Shown one piece after another: positions 47,073 to 58,685 of a DNA stretch of 64,000 nucleotides. The notes beneath the pieces are model-generated. The model made no database searches, was not told the DNA's origin, and worked only from the letters and a program-made list of their open reading frames with translations. The translations under genes and the position numbers were made by a program. The stretch is from Lama glama. Lineage: Eukaryota. Each line of letters begins with the position of its first letter. Position 1 is the first letter of the stretch. The DNA is taken from NCBI GenBank assembly GCA_028534125.1, contig CM052818.1, forward strand, positions 46,750,001 through 46,814,000. Direction: 5' to 3'.

Positions 47073-47944
47073 GGCATCGACTGAGGGTCTGGCCGCTCTC
47101 AGCTCTGCGTCCGGTGTCTCCAGGACCTTGGATGAATCCCTGTCTGCTTGGGTTTCAGTGTCCTTCTCCCCAGCATAGGGCGTCAGACCAGCTCACCCTC
47201 GGTCGTTACAGCTTCCATGCTCTGTGACAACCTATAAAAGCATCCCATTAGAATGAAATTCTGCCTCTGGGACCCAGGCCTCCCGAGGGCTTGCAGCGTT
47301 CAAGGCCACGATCCCCGAGCCATCTGAAGTTTCTCAATATTTGACGACAAACTTTATTACCCCTTTGTGTGGACAGGCTAAGCATTCCTCCTGGGCTCTG
47401 AAAGGAACCACAGCGTCGTCTCAGCTGGAGGCATCCTCAGTGAAACAGTGTTTGGTCTCCTCCAGTCTGCCGAGCCCCGAAGTTCCCGAGCACGCGTGGG
47501 AGGAAGGAAGGGGTCTGGAGCCTTCCAAGCGGAACGAGGCCACCCTGTTTCTGGGGAAATCAACGTCAACCAACTAGGGCGCCAGAAAGGGTCAACAGGG
47601 ACAGCAAAGCCCTTCTCCCTGGGGAAGCTGGGGAGGACCCACTGAGTCCCAGCGCCACATGGCTCCCCTGAGCCCACGATCACTTCAGGATCCCTAGAGT
47701 TGCCCTGGGAGGCAGGGCTTCAAAGCAAGCAGTTGCTTGCAACCCATCCTTTATGGAGCGGTGAGGTCCCAGGCTCTGGAGTGGATGCCAGTGCCCCGTG
47801 TGGCATCCTAGGGGCAGGAGCCGTGCGGTCCCAGCTGGCTCCCTTCGGCGGGGGCGGAGGGAAGGGAGGCAGCGGCTGAGGGTCTCCGAGCAGCGCCAGG
47901 TTCTCCTCCCACCTTGGGTGGGCTGCTTGCTCCTTCTCTTCACT

Positions 47945-48062
47945 TCTTTTTTTTCCACACCCCTAACTTGCCCCTCCCCCGCCGGCGTCCCCTTTGGTGA
48001 CCACAAGTTTGCTTTGTCTGTCTGGCAGTCTCTGTGTTTTGCATATCCATTCATCTGTATGT
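47945..48062 (-). mobile_element. L1 3'UTR fragment (cetartiodactyl-type)
   Basis: cccctttggtgaccacaagtttgctttgtctgtctggcagtctctgtgttttgcatatccattcatctgtat. Confidence 0.7.
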
Positions 48063-49444
48063 CTTCACTTCTCAGAGCTGGGCTTCAAACCCAGCTCCTG
48101 GTGGTTATGCCGGTACCCGAACTTCCCAGACTCTATGTCCTTCTCCATGACGTGGCAATACTGACGGCCAGGAGAGTAGCTGTGAGGGATGAACTGTGTG
48201 GGCAGAGCCGGTGGCCGGTGATGGCAGCTCTTGGGTTTTTTATTTTGTGCCAGCCTCTGTTGACTTGGGGGAGACGGGGTGGGTCTGGACACTGGGGTGA
48301 ACTTCCTGACGGGGACACCTGTTCAGCTGCTTGAGCTCAGCATGGTTGTCTTCATAACTGACACAGGGACAGGACTTCAGAGGCACACCTGTTGGATGCA
48401 CTTCTCTGCGGACCCTCGAACCCTCTCCATCACTCTGTGACGTCGACGCTGCTGCTTCCTTTTACGTAGGGGTTCCCTGGAGAAACGAGGCTCTTGTGAG
48501 CTACTTGTCCAGGGCCAGGCAGCTCAGCAGAGGACAAGGAAGACTGGCCGGTGTCCCCTGCGGCTGCTCTGAGCTGCAACAGCCCGAGGACCAGGCTTTT
48601 CTCATACCCTCAGCACTCAACGACAGCCTGGGGAAACCCTGCAGATGGCCCTGCCCGAGCTCGTGTCGAGCCCGGCCTCTGCGCGCACCGAGGAAGCCGC
48701 CTGGCTGCAGTTAATCTGAGCCTCTAATCCGCGCGGAGGCGCAGCGCAGGGCTTTCAAGCTGGACCGACAACTGGCCTTTACTGAGTTGTCCCGCATCAC
48801 ATGAGTGAGACCTTTTTTGCAAAATCTACTTAAGAGAAACACGCAGAAGAAAACCGAGACTGATTCTTGCCCGATCAGGCCAAATGATTCGCTCTGTTTG
48901 ACATATTTTCAAAGTCTGCAGAGGGCCAGCCTCCTTCTCCTACCCTGGGAAATAATACACTGACCACAGGATGCAAAGTCTGGTTCATGTGCAGTTGACC
49001 CAGACACGGGCCATAGAGATCAACTATTGGTCGGCCTGGAACGCTCCTCACACTAGAGAGAGCACCTAGGTCATTACGGCCTCGGGATGGGCCGTAAAGA
49101 GGGAGGAGAGATTCCTCCTTTATCTGCAGACTTCTCTCTCTGCACTGCTCACTGCAGTTGTCCTATCAGTAGGGAATTCCGCGTGTGGTTTTGTCATACA
49201 AAACCTGATTGCCCTGGAGAGGCAGTCGGGGGCGGGGTGGGGGGGGTCCTGCCCTTTGATCCTCTCCACAGAGGTGGATCCCTTCCCAGGACAAAGGGCA
49301 GGTAAACAGAAGCTCCAAAACGCACGTGACCTTGCAGTGTCCAGGTTAGGGCTCCCGCTGGAATGGTGACGATTGGGGTGGACGTGGCAGAGATTGTGGG
49401 TTGTCAACCTTATCAATATGTGAGAAAGAGGTGCTCTGGGATTT

Positions 49445-49545
49445 TTTTTTTTAATTGAAGTACAGTCAGTTACAATGTGTCAGTCTCTGGTGTACAGCAC
49501 AATGTCCCAGTCCTGCATATACATACATATGTTTGTTTTCATATT
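49445..49545 (-). mobile_element. Very short young L1 3' end insertion with 8-bp TSD
   Basis: TSD tgggattt at 49437-49444 and 49546-49553. Poly-T, then aattgaagtacagtcagttacaatgtgtcagtctctggtgtacagcacaatgtcccagtc. Confidence 0.9.
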
Positions 49546-49759
49546 TGGGATTTGTAATTGTAGGCACCATCCAAAGAGCTGGTGGTCCCCAGCCCCAGGC
49601 TGGGGACCAAGAATGCCCCCTGGAATTGTTTGGGGGTCTATAATGTCAGGGGGTAAGGGAGGAGAGGGCAGCCCTCCCTGATTCCTCCACCGGCTCCCCC
49701 GGCCCCTCAGCCAGGAGGCATCATCCTCTGACCGTATCCACACAAAGTGGGGCTTTCTC

Positions 49760-49870
49760 TGCAGTCCACTGGGCCTCAGTTTCCCTCCAGAAACTTACAG
49801 GATGTCGTAGCAGAACTGTCACAGAGTGAGTGGTTCTTGACCAGCAGTCAGATGAGGTTAAGAACGATGG
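49760..49870 (+). mobile_element. MIR SINE fragment
   Basis: ctgggcctcagtttccctc...cacagagtgagtggtt...gatgaggttaa. Confidence 0.45.
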
Positions 49871-50129
49871 CATTTTTTTTTCTTGACCAGAAATGAAGGA
49901 AAAGACTGTCTTGCAAAACAACAAAGCTGCTTCTGCGGCCGCTCGTGTGGCCAGGCATCTCCTCGCTGACTCGTAAGAGGCTTCCGCTCTGCCAAACCCA
50001 TTTCTCACTGCAGTCGGGACGATCAGTCGCTTGGTGTTCAGTGCATCTGGGACCTGCTTAAAAAGCTTGCAAACAACAGTCCGGGCTTGGGGAAGAGATT
50101 ATGACAAACCTTGGGGGTCTCGGATTCCA

Positions 50130-50225
50130 GTCCTTCCCACTTACAGATGAGGGCACCAGGGACCCCACAGGTGAAATGACTTCCCCAAGGTCCCTGTTGT
50201 TGGTGGCTGGGGCGGGGCTACAACT
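50130..50225 (-). mobile_element. MIR SINE fragment
   Basis: cccacttacagatgagggcacc...ggtgaaatgacttccccaaggtc. Confidence 0.65.
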
Positions 50226-51914
50226 CTGGCCAGTGGACTCAGCACGTGCTGTTCCTGACAGCATCCCCCCCACCTCTTCACCAACATCCTTTGGGAATGA
50301 TTCTTCCTCAAGGTGCATTTGCTGGTGGAGCTGAGCAGGTCCTCCTCAGGAAACACGGGGAGGGGCTCCCTGGGAAGAGGACCCCGCCCTTAGCATCTGC
50401 AAGGATGGAAGAGAAGCGTGGAGAAAGCAATTGTCACTGACTTTTGTCACCACCAGGCTTGCAAGCCTGGGTGTCTGTACTGGCCAATTTCTTTCTCAAA
50501 AACAAACAACAAACCAACAAACAAAAACCAAGGAAGATGTGCCTTATGAACTATCTCTTAACGCACTTCTCATTACAATGCTGGTGAGGAGGTGGTATCC
50601 GTGTTTTGTCTGTGGGCCCCAGAGAAATGAAAGTGTCTGGCCGCCAGTCACACAGGCTCGGAGCTGGAGACATAGGTGAGAATTCCGCATCTCTCGGTCG
50701 CTGATTCCTGGTTTCATCTGCTCTCAGTATTGCTGAACTGACGGCCTAGATCCGGCTGGTGTGTTTATCCACCCGAGGGACTTTCACGTGGACTAGGAGT
50801 ATACTCCCTCTACAAGCTGCTTCAGAGCAGTAAGTTTGGGCCTCTGTGGGAAATCACACAAGGCAAACTGCAGCCCAGCCCAAGAGAATCAAACCAGCAG
50901 GGCCTTCTGGGGCTGGAGAGCGGCTGCGGCTGGTACTCGGCGCCCCCAGCATGCTGGGTCTGCAAGACCGTGTTGGATGGGGCTCCTGGAGGGGTGGGAA
51001 CGCTGGACTCGGTGACTCACAAGCCTCCTTCTCTGGAAGTGTCCGGGCCCCTGACTTTCCTGAGGTCACCTCTGGGGTTGGGTTCCTAAAGCAGAGGTTT
51101 CATTCCTGAAGGCAGGTCTGGGTTACGTCAAAGGGAAAGTTAGGACCTCGCACTTTAGAGAAAAGCACGTCTTGTTCACCTGTGGGTCTGTCACCTCTGA
51201 TCTGGGGCTGCCTTCTAACTTAGTGCTGTCGCCTGGACCAGACGCCGGGGCCAGGTGAGGCTTCTCAGCGCAGGTTGTAAAGCACAAACCGATTCAAATG
51301 CGAAGGTGATGCTTCGGCATCAAAAAGTTGTTTGTCTGCTGACAGCTCAGCTAAGCCTCCTGAGAAAAGCTGGCTGGTACTTCTTCTTCCTTTCCTCGGA
51401 TGATAGAAAGTGACCTTCGGTTCAAAGCCAGAGACAGAGGAGAGCATGTGGACAAAACGCCGGGACTGGGGTGGGAGTGTGATCCACAGGACTTACAGGA
51501 ATTACAGCCGCTGTACTTTGCTCCCAAGAATTACTCAAGTCAAGAGTACAGGTTCATAACAAAAAATTTCAGGTCTGGGGATTCCTGCTTGATTGCGACA
51601 TTCCCGTGTCCGATTCATCTGCAGAGTATTTAAACCTAATGCTTATAGACTTGATCATCATTTTCCTTAAGCTAATGTGATTTCTCCCCCTAAATCACCA
51701 ACAGATCTGAAATCTCCGTGTAAGCATTGCTTTGTGTCATTAACTCAAGGAGAAACCATTCTGCTTATTTTCTGCTGAGGTCATCTTCATGTTTTTCCTG
51801 TGGCTGTCAGTGGGAAATTCAAAAGTTCTGGGTGATAGACTCCTTGTATCTGGGTTTAGAATGACCTGTGAATAATAATTCATCATAGTCTATTCTCACA
51901 TATATGTGTATTAT

Positions 51915-53240
51915 GTTTAAAAAAATTGAGATACAGAGTTGACTCTTCAACAACACGGATTTGAACCGTGAGGATCCACCTATACGTGGACTTTTCCCCC
52001 AACAAACATGCACTATGACCCCGCGCAAGCTGAAGCTGGCTGCATCCAAGGATGCTGAACTGCGGATACAGAGTCTGTAAAGTTATACGGGGATTTCCGA
52101 CTGCACGGACTGTCCACGCCTCTAACCCCGTGTTGTTCACAGGTCAACTGTAATTCACTCACCATGAAGTTCACTCCTTTAAAGTGTACAACACAGCAGT
52201 GTTTAGTGTATTCACAGAGCGTGCAACAGCCTGTTACTATCCAATTCCAGAACATTTACAGCATCCTCAAAAAACCCCTACCTGGAAGCAGTTCCTTCCC
52301 TCCTCCCCCAGGCCTGGCAACCCCGACTTTACTTTCTGTCTCTATGGAGTTGTCACACTTCCTGTAGGTAACCCATGTAGTCCGGCTTCTTTCACTGAGC
52401 ATGATGTCTTCCTGGTTCATCTATGCTGTCGCTTTCATTGTATCGATTATTCATTCCTTTTATTGGCAAATAATATTCCACTGTATGGACAGACCACGTT
52501 TCCTATGTCTGTCCATCAGCTGGTGGACATTTGGGTTGCTTCCACGCTTGACGATTAGGAATCTGCTGCTTTGAATGTTTCTGTACTAGATATTGTGCAG
52601 ACATATGTTTTCAGCTCTCTCGGGTACAGACCTAGAAGTGGAATTGCTGAGTCATGTGTTAAATGTGTTTACCTTTTTGAGGAACTGCCGGACTATTTTC
52701 CACAGTGGCTGCACCATGTTTTGTTCCTCCAATTTCTCCACATCCTCATCAGTGCTTTTTCTCGTCTATCTTTTTGATTCTAGCCACCCTCATTGGGAGT
52801 AAAGAGGTACCTGACGGTGATCTTGACTCTCATTTCCCTGATGGCTAATGATGGCAAGTAAGCATCTTTTCGTGCCCTTATTGACTACTGGTACATCTTC
52901 TCTGGAGAAATGTCTACTCAAATCCTTTGCCCATTTTTGAATTGAGTTACTTTTCTTTTTATTGTTGAATTGTAAGAGTTCTTTGTATGGTCTAGATGCT
53001 ATATCCCTACCAGATACACGATTTGCAAATATTTTCTACCATTCTGTAGTTTCTCTTTTCATTTTCTTGTCCTCTGTCACACAAGTTTCTAATTTTGGTG
53101 AAGTCCAGTTTATCTATTTTTCCTTTGCTTGCTTGTCCTTTTGGTGTCACATGAAAGAAACCACTGTCTAATGCAAGGTCGTCAAGATTTACAGCTATGT
53201 TTTCTTCTACGCGTTTTACAGATTTAGCTCCTAACTCTTG
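51915..53240 (-). mobile_element. L1MB-type 3' region, interrupted by a Tigger MITE
   Basis: ttgagata|taattcactcaccatgaagttcactcctttaaagtgtaca...; ataatattccactgtatggac; cctagaagtggaattgctg; catttccctgatggctaatgatg; ggagaaatgtctactcaaatcctttgccc. Confidence 0.9.
51934..52150. mobile_element. Tigger2-type MITE (MER8/Tigger2a-like)
   Basis: TIRs cag(ag)ttgactcttcaacaacac and gtgttgttcacaggtcaactg. TA on both flanks (51932-51933, 52151-52152). Confidence 0.88.
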
Positions 53241-53399
53241 GATATTTTTTCTGCTTAAATTACCAGTCTCAGCACTGGGAACCTTTCTTCCATTTTCGAA
53301 TAACTTTATTGTATGAGAGAAAAAAAATAAGAAATTAAAATGAAAGAAAATGCATATTTTACAAAAGAGGAATCAGACTTCTGATCGATTTTACAGTTT

Positions 53400-54200
53400 G
53401 CTTTACTCACTCAACGTTATCTGAAACATTTCCCTGCGAGTCTTCTCCCACGTTGTAATTCTGATTGGCACCACGATAGTCCACTGTCTGGACATGTATT
53501 ACATGTGCAATCCCTTATTATTGGTCATTTATGTTATTCTCATTAAAAAAATTGGAAATAGTATAGCAATGAACGTGAGATAATTTCCTTAGAATAAATT
53601 CTCAAAAGTGATTTTGAAATAGTGAGCCCCTAGTTTGCAGCATCCTAATAAAACGAATATACAATTGTTCCCTGAGAATGTTCTAGAACAAAATGAAGGG
53701 CATTTAGATAGACGGTTGGGAAAAAAAGGAAGTCAACAACTGCTTTCATTTTGGGGAAGTGCCTTCGTGACCTTACCCAGCAGTCACACGTTTTCTGTAG
53801 GTTTTCGTGGAGCAGTACTAACAACCTTTCCCTTGCTGCTACAAGGCTAATTTTAACCCCCCTGCAAGACTATATTCAAGTGATAGGACATAATTTACTG
53901 ATTGTGTCCAGTGCTGAATACTTAAGTTGTGGTCAACTTTTAACATGTAAATAACGCCACAGTGAATGTATCTGTCTGTGTAGCATTTTTGTTCTTTTAA
54001 ATTATTTTCTTAGTGCAAGCTCCCAGCAGGCAGGGTTCTGGGTCAAATGATTAAAACATTTTAAGAATGCACGTATTGTTTCTTTGCTTCTGGAAAGGGT
54101 TCCAGCCACTGCTCAGTGGTGTATGAAGATCCAGGATCCAGGCAAGCCTGCCTCCATCCTTACAAATGTTTTCAAGGGTTTCCGCAGTGATTGCAGGTGA
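53400..54200 (-). mobile_element. Decayed L1ME-type fragments
   Basis: tagtccactgtctggacatg...ttggtcattta...atttccttagaataaattctcaaaagtg; aaataacgccacagtgaatg...ttctgggtcaaa. Confidence 0.5.
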
Positions 54201-56174
54201 ATGGTTCTTGAGTTAGGGGAAGGTAAGGTTCCCTTCTATCTTATTACTACTTTTAACTTTCTAATTTAAATTGAACGATGATTCTTTGTTCTTCACATGG
54301 ACAGCATGGTTCACATCCTTCCCATTCTTTTACTTAAAGTTTCAAGACCTGTCTTTCAGGAAACAATATGTGAATGAGGCTATGCTACATCAGAAGGACT
54401 GATGCTCACGGTCTCTGAACTGCGAAATGTGTAATGTGCATGGAGAGGTATGACACAGTTCCCAAGTTTAAAAAAAAAAAAAGAGAGATCGTTTCATTTT
54501 TTTCATGCAATGTTCATCGGGAGCTTAAGAGTCTTTCCATTAATTTTTTTGTGACTGTGAAGTTGCAACCAGACCACAGCTGCAGCCCCTCTGTGCCCCT
54601 GACGGCTGTAGGTGCCTGAGGCCGCGTCGTGGGGGTTTCTGAGGGTCACACTCTGCATCTGGTTCCTCAGTTGCTGTGGTCGGGACTTCGGCTGCCTGGG
54701 TTCACATCATCTGAGGGAAGTGGGTTCACCCAGCCCATGATGAACCGGGGGCCACCTCAGAGGAGGTGCCCTCCGCTCTGGGGGCCTCAACGCCTGAGAC
54801 CTTTGCTGAGAATTCATTGCTGTCAAGAGAGCTCTTGGTGGCCTGGATTGTTCTGTGAGTTATTTCCAATTAAGCTGGACTTCGGAAGGTGTTTGCACCC
54901 TGCCCCTCGAAGCAGGAAGCCTGTTCTCCCTCGAAACCTGTGGGACCCTCGAGCCCTTGACCACGAGAGGGCCCAGGTTTGATGGGCTTGGAGGAGAACC
55001 GGGTGTAAAGGAAGAACCCACGCGAGGGGAAGCTTGGGAGAAAGCAAGGGGCTTTTTTGGCAAGTTAGTAAAAACTCAGAGCAGCCTCTCCTGTCTGCTG
55101 TGGAAGCCCCGGAGAACACCCAGCATTTGTCTGGTGACCGATGTTGCTTCGTTTGGCTGTGAGGCCCCGATCCCAAGCCTCTGCTGTGAGCCTGGTGGAG
55201 AGGGTAGACCCGGCTCGAGGGTTTTTGACTCTGAATTTTGGCTCAGCTGGGATCCTGCAGACCTGATTGAGGAAACAGGAGTTAGCCTGGCCACCTGGAG
55301 TGGGTCCCATGACTGTGGCATCCACCCCGGAGGCAGCAAAGCGCCTCCTCCAGCTCATCCTGCCTCCCTCCTGTGGACCCAGGCCCCGGGGAACTTGGAC
55401 TCAGGCTTCCCCCATGGGTCTGCCTCGGGGAGCACTTCTGGCCCAGTTCAGGGCTCCCTGAACCCAACCCTCCCCGACCTGGCCCGTGCGGGCAGGGACT
55501 GTGTCCTTCTGGTTCTTTCTCTAGACAGGAAAGGAGCAGGAGCTTTTTCTGCAGAGCAGCTCGCCTGCCTGCAGGTGGTGCCTCCTTGAATCCTCCTTAT
55601 CCCAGTGGAGGGAGCTGCGGCCGGAAGACAGAGGGGCCCCTGGGAAGGCTGCCAGGAGGAGGCAGACACGGAATTCCTGGGAGGGTTGAGTTGTTCTTAG
55701 AGGTCACGCCCTCTGTCTCTTGGAGACGGCACCATGGCCCTGGCTGTCTCCCAAACTGGAGACCAGAGAGTGGTCTCTGGGGCCTCTTCCAGAAAACCCC
55801 TGCTGCTCTCCCCTCCATGGCCCACAGTTACCAAGTGCCGCCGTGTCCCACGGTGATCAGGCCTTCCTCCCAGCAGGGCGGCTGCATGTGCAGGATGTCT
55901 GTGCCTTTTGGGTGATGGAGAGAAGGAGAGAAAGGGGGAAGAATTGGATACAGGAAGCAGGATGCAGGGCTGTGCTTGGGAAATGTTGGCAGTGATGCTG
56001 TGGGTGCTTCCACTGGACGAGACGGTGTTGGTAACACTTAGGAGCTGATATCTGAGCAAAGGTGCCCCCGACCCTCTCTTTCCTCCTCTGGTTCTACCAG
56101 AAGCATTTAATTTCGTTTTGTCCTATTGAATATTGCAATTTCTGGACACAGATAGTTTAATGAGGGTGGCAGTC

Positions 56175-56367
56175 TGTGTGTTGTGTGTGTGTGTATATTT
56201 GTGCGTGTATGTGTGTTTGTGTGTGTGTTTGTATATGTGTGGTGTGTGCGTATATGTGTGTGTTTGTGTGTGTATGTGTGTGTTTGTATATGTGTGTGTG
56301 CATATGTGTGTATTTCTATGTGTATGTGTGTATGTGTATATGTGTGTGTAATTGTGTGTTTGTATAT

Positions 56368-56399
<32 letters not shown>

Positions 56400-56415
56400 A
56401 TTTGTGTCTGTATTT
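56175..56415. repeat. Degenerate (TG)n/(TA) microsatellite, ~240 bp
   Basis: Alternating tg/ta/cg units with a pure (TG)n run near 56375-56398. Confidence 0.95.
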
Positions 56416-57632
56416 GGCCAGGTGCCAGCATTATTCTGGAGCAAGAAAGAGAGAGAAGAATTGGGAGCGTAGGCCGGGGCACAGCAGGGCGCCGGCTGTC
56501 GTGTGAGCGGTTGGCACTTTCTCCTGCTTTGTCCCCCATGGTTCTGACTTGGTCTCTGATGCTCTGAAATTGACCATGTGGCACAGAACATGGTTAGGGG
56601 GCCCTCGGTCCTCTCCCCTCCCCTTGGAGGGTTCCGGGGGCTGTAGTGGGACTTCCTCGTCAGGGCCGAGGAGGGAGGCAGGCTGCAGACTTGGCCGAGG
56701 AGGGAGGCCACAGGGCCGTTTCCCTGCATGGGACAGGAGGGGTGTGGAAGCAGGGCCGGAGCCAGGCGTCTGGGCTGCAGCCCCTGTGCAGAAGCCTCTG
56801 GCGGGCTCTGGCCAGCCTGAGGGTGGGGCAGGGAGGAAGGGGGTCTTGCAGCATCCTCACAGCCGGATCGCTGTCTACACTGCTCTTCCCGGGAAATTCA
56901 GGCCCCAGAAGCAGGCGCAGAGGGAAAAGCTGCAGCAGGTGAGGGCTGGGCCCTCCAAACCTGGAAACGCTTCCCGCTGCCCAGAGAGGTTTCCTGGAGG
57001 AAAGGTGTCTTGATACAGCTTGTCTGGGAAAGGATGAGAGTCAGCCTCCGGTCCTCGCGAGTTGGCTTGCTGGCCGGACCACTCCTCTGAGGTCAGTGCA
57101 GGTAAGGAGGGCAGGGACACAGGCGAGGGGACATTCTGATGTGGACAGGTGGGTTTCCTCAGATAGGTACCAGTCTTACCAGCCTAAGGTGTAACTGACG
57201 GGGAGGATGTGTGTAAACATATCTTTTGAAGGCAAAGTGCTGCTCAAATTGTAAGAGACTCTGGTGACCCACTTCTGGGGCTGGTGGCGGTGCTTCCTCC
57301 CTTGAGAGAAGCAGGCACAGCCAGAACCCCCTTAAGCTTGGGATGGGGGCCCTGACCTCAGGCCCTGGGCCATCTGAGGACAGCCGATAACCCCATGACT
57401 CACATCCTTGGTGATTTCTGTTCATTTTCACATTATTACCCTTGTGACTTCCCGAAGAAAGCACATTTCTCAGAAAGGGAAAAACGAACTACATCTTATT
57501 TACTTCATTTAACATTTTTTTGTGGGTGAGAACTGAATGTTACCTATGAAAGAGAAGAGTCTGGATAAAGAGAAAGATTCATTTTTATTAGGGGATGAGC
57601 TCGAGGGTAATTTGGATTCTTGTTTTAGTCTC

Positions 57633-57665
57633 TTGTTTTGTTTTGTTTTGTTTTGTTTTTGTTTC
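57633..57665. repeat. (TTTTG)n microsatellite
   Basis: Read directly from the sequence. Confidence 0.9.
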
Positions 57666-58685
57666 AGTAAAATAACATCGTGAAAAACAAAAATTTGTTT
57701 AAAGTGTTTTATGTCAACGGTTTCACTGGATGGAGTACGTTTTCACTGGGTAGAGCCGTTCAGAGAAGACGAAGCCCACATTCCAGTGTGGACTAAATGG
57801 TATCTTTTGAGAGTTTATCAGGGGAAACAGCCACCTCAAAGTGGCTTACTGTTTCTGGTGGGTAGAAGCCCTTTCAGCTTGTCTATGACTCTTGTTTCCA
57901 GAGCAGTGACTTCCTTCAGAAAAGACCAGCCTTTTGCCGGGAACGAAAGTGGGTTACAAATCCTGGGATGCTGCCGAGCTCCTGGTGGCTGGGGTGACCC
58001 CTTGTGAGGAAAATGAAGTTAAGGGACCTTCAGGGACATCTGCAGGGCTCTGAACGGACGTCTCCATCCTCCTGGTCAGGGACCCGGCCAGCTGAGGCGC
58101 TGTCCAGCACCGCGGCCACCGGACGTGTGCACTTGGAGCCTGGAGGGAAGGGAACATTTCAGTGCTCCCCACGGACCTCCTGGTTCCTGCTTGAACCCAA
58201 TCTTAAAATCATATCTGTATCCTTATTTATTAAAAAGGAAGGGGAAGTGTATCATCTCCTCCAAATACACGCCATGGAAACGTTTGGTCAAGTGGCTGAT
58301 GACCTGGGGAAAGGCTTCCCCGGGGTGGGGCGTGGGCAGTGAGGAGGAAAAGGAGAAATCAGTCGAGGCTGTTTAGACACACGGGTCGGCAGTCCCTCGA
58401 GATTCTCTTGTCACATTGCAAAGGGGCTCTCTCATTTTTTAAGATCACTCATGAATCAGGATTCACCTGGACGATAATCAGTGCTTGAATTGGTAGACGT
58501 GAGCACGTCTTTTCAGAAGGCTTGATGGATGGAGGGCATTATGGAGAGTGTGTGTGTGTGTACACAGGGGACACAGCCTGTGGCTTCCTCTCATAAGGAC
58601 TTTTTACCTACTCACAGAAGGAGGGCAACCACACATGGCTCAAAAAAGAAGAAAGATGAAAAGTATCGGGGTGATAAATAATACT

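Noticed and set aside
47233..47240. Perfect TATAAAAG (also cctataaag at ~12372)
   Set aside because: Isolated motif with no CpG island or first-exon evidence; expected by chance in 64 kb.
54855..55589. Longest ORF (244 aa, + strand)
   Set aside because: Non-ATG start, no recognisable domain, composition typical of GC-rich non-coding DNA, and overlapped by many ORFs in other frames.
56123..56584. Cys/Val- and His/Thr-rich ORFs
   Set aside because: Translation artefacts of the (TG)n microsatellite.
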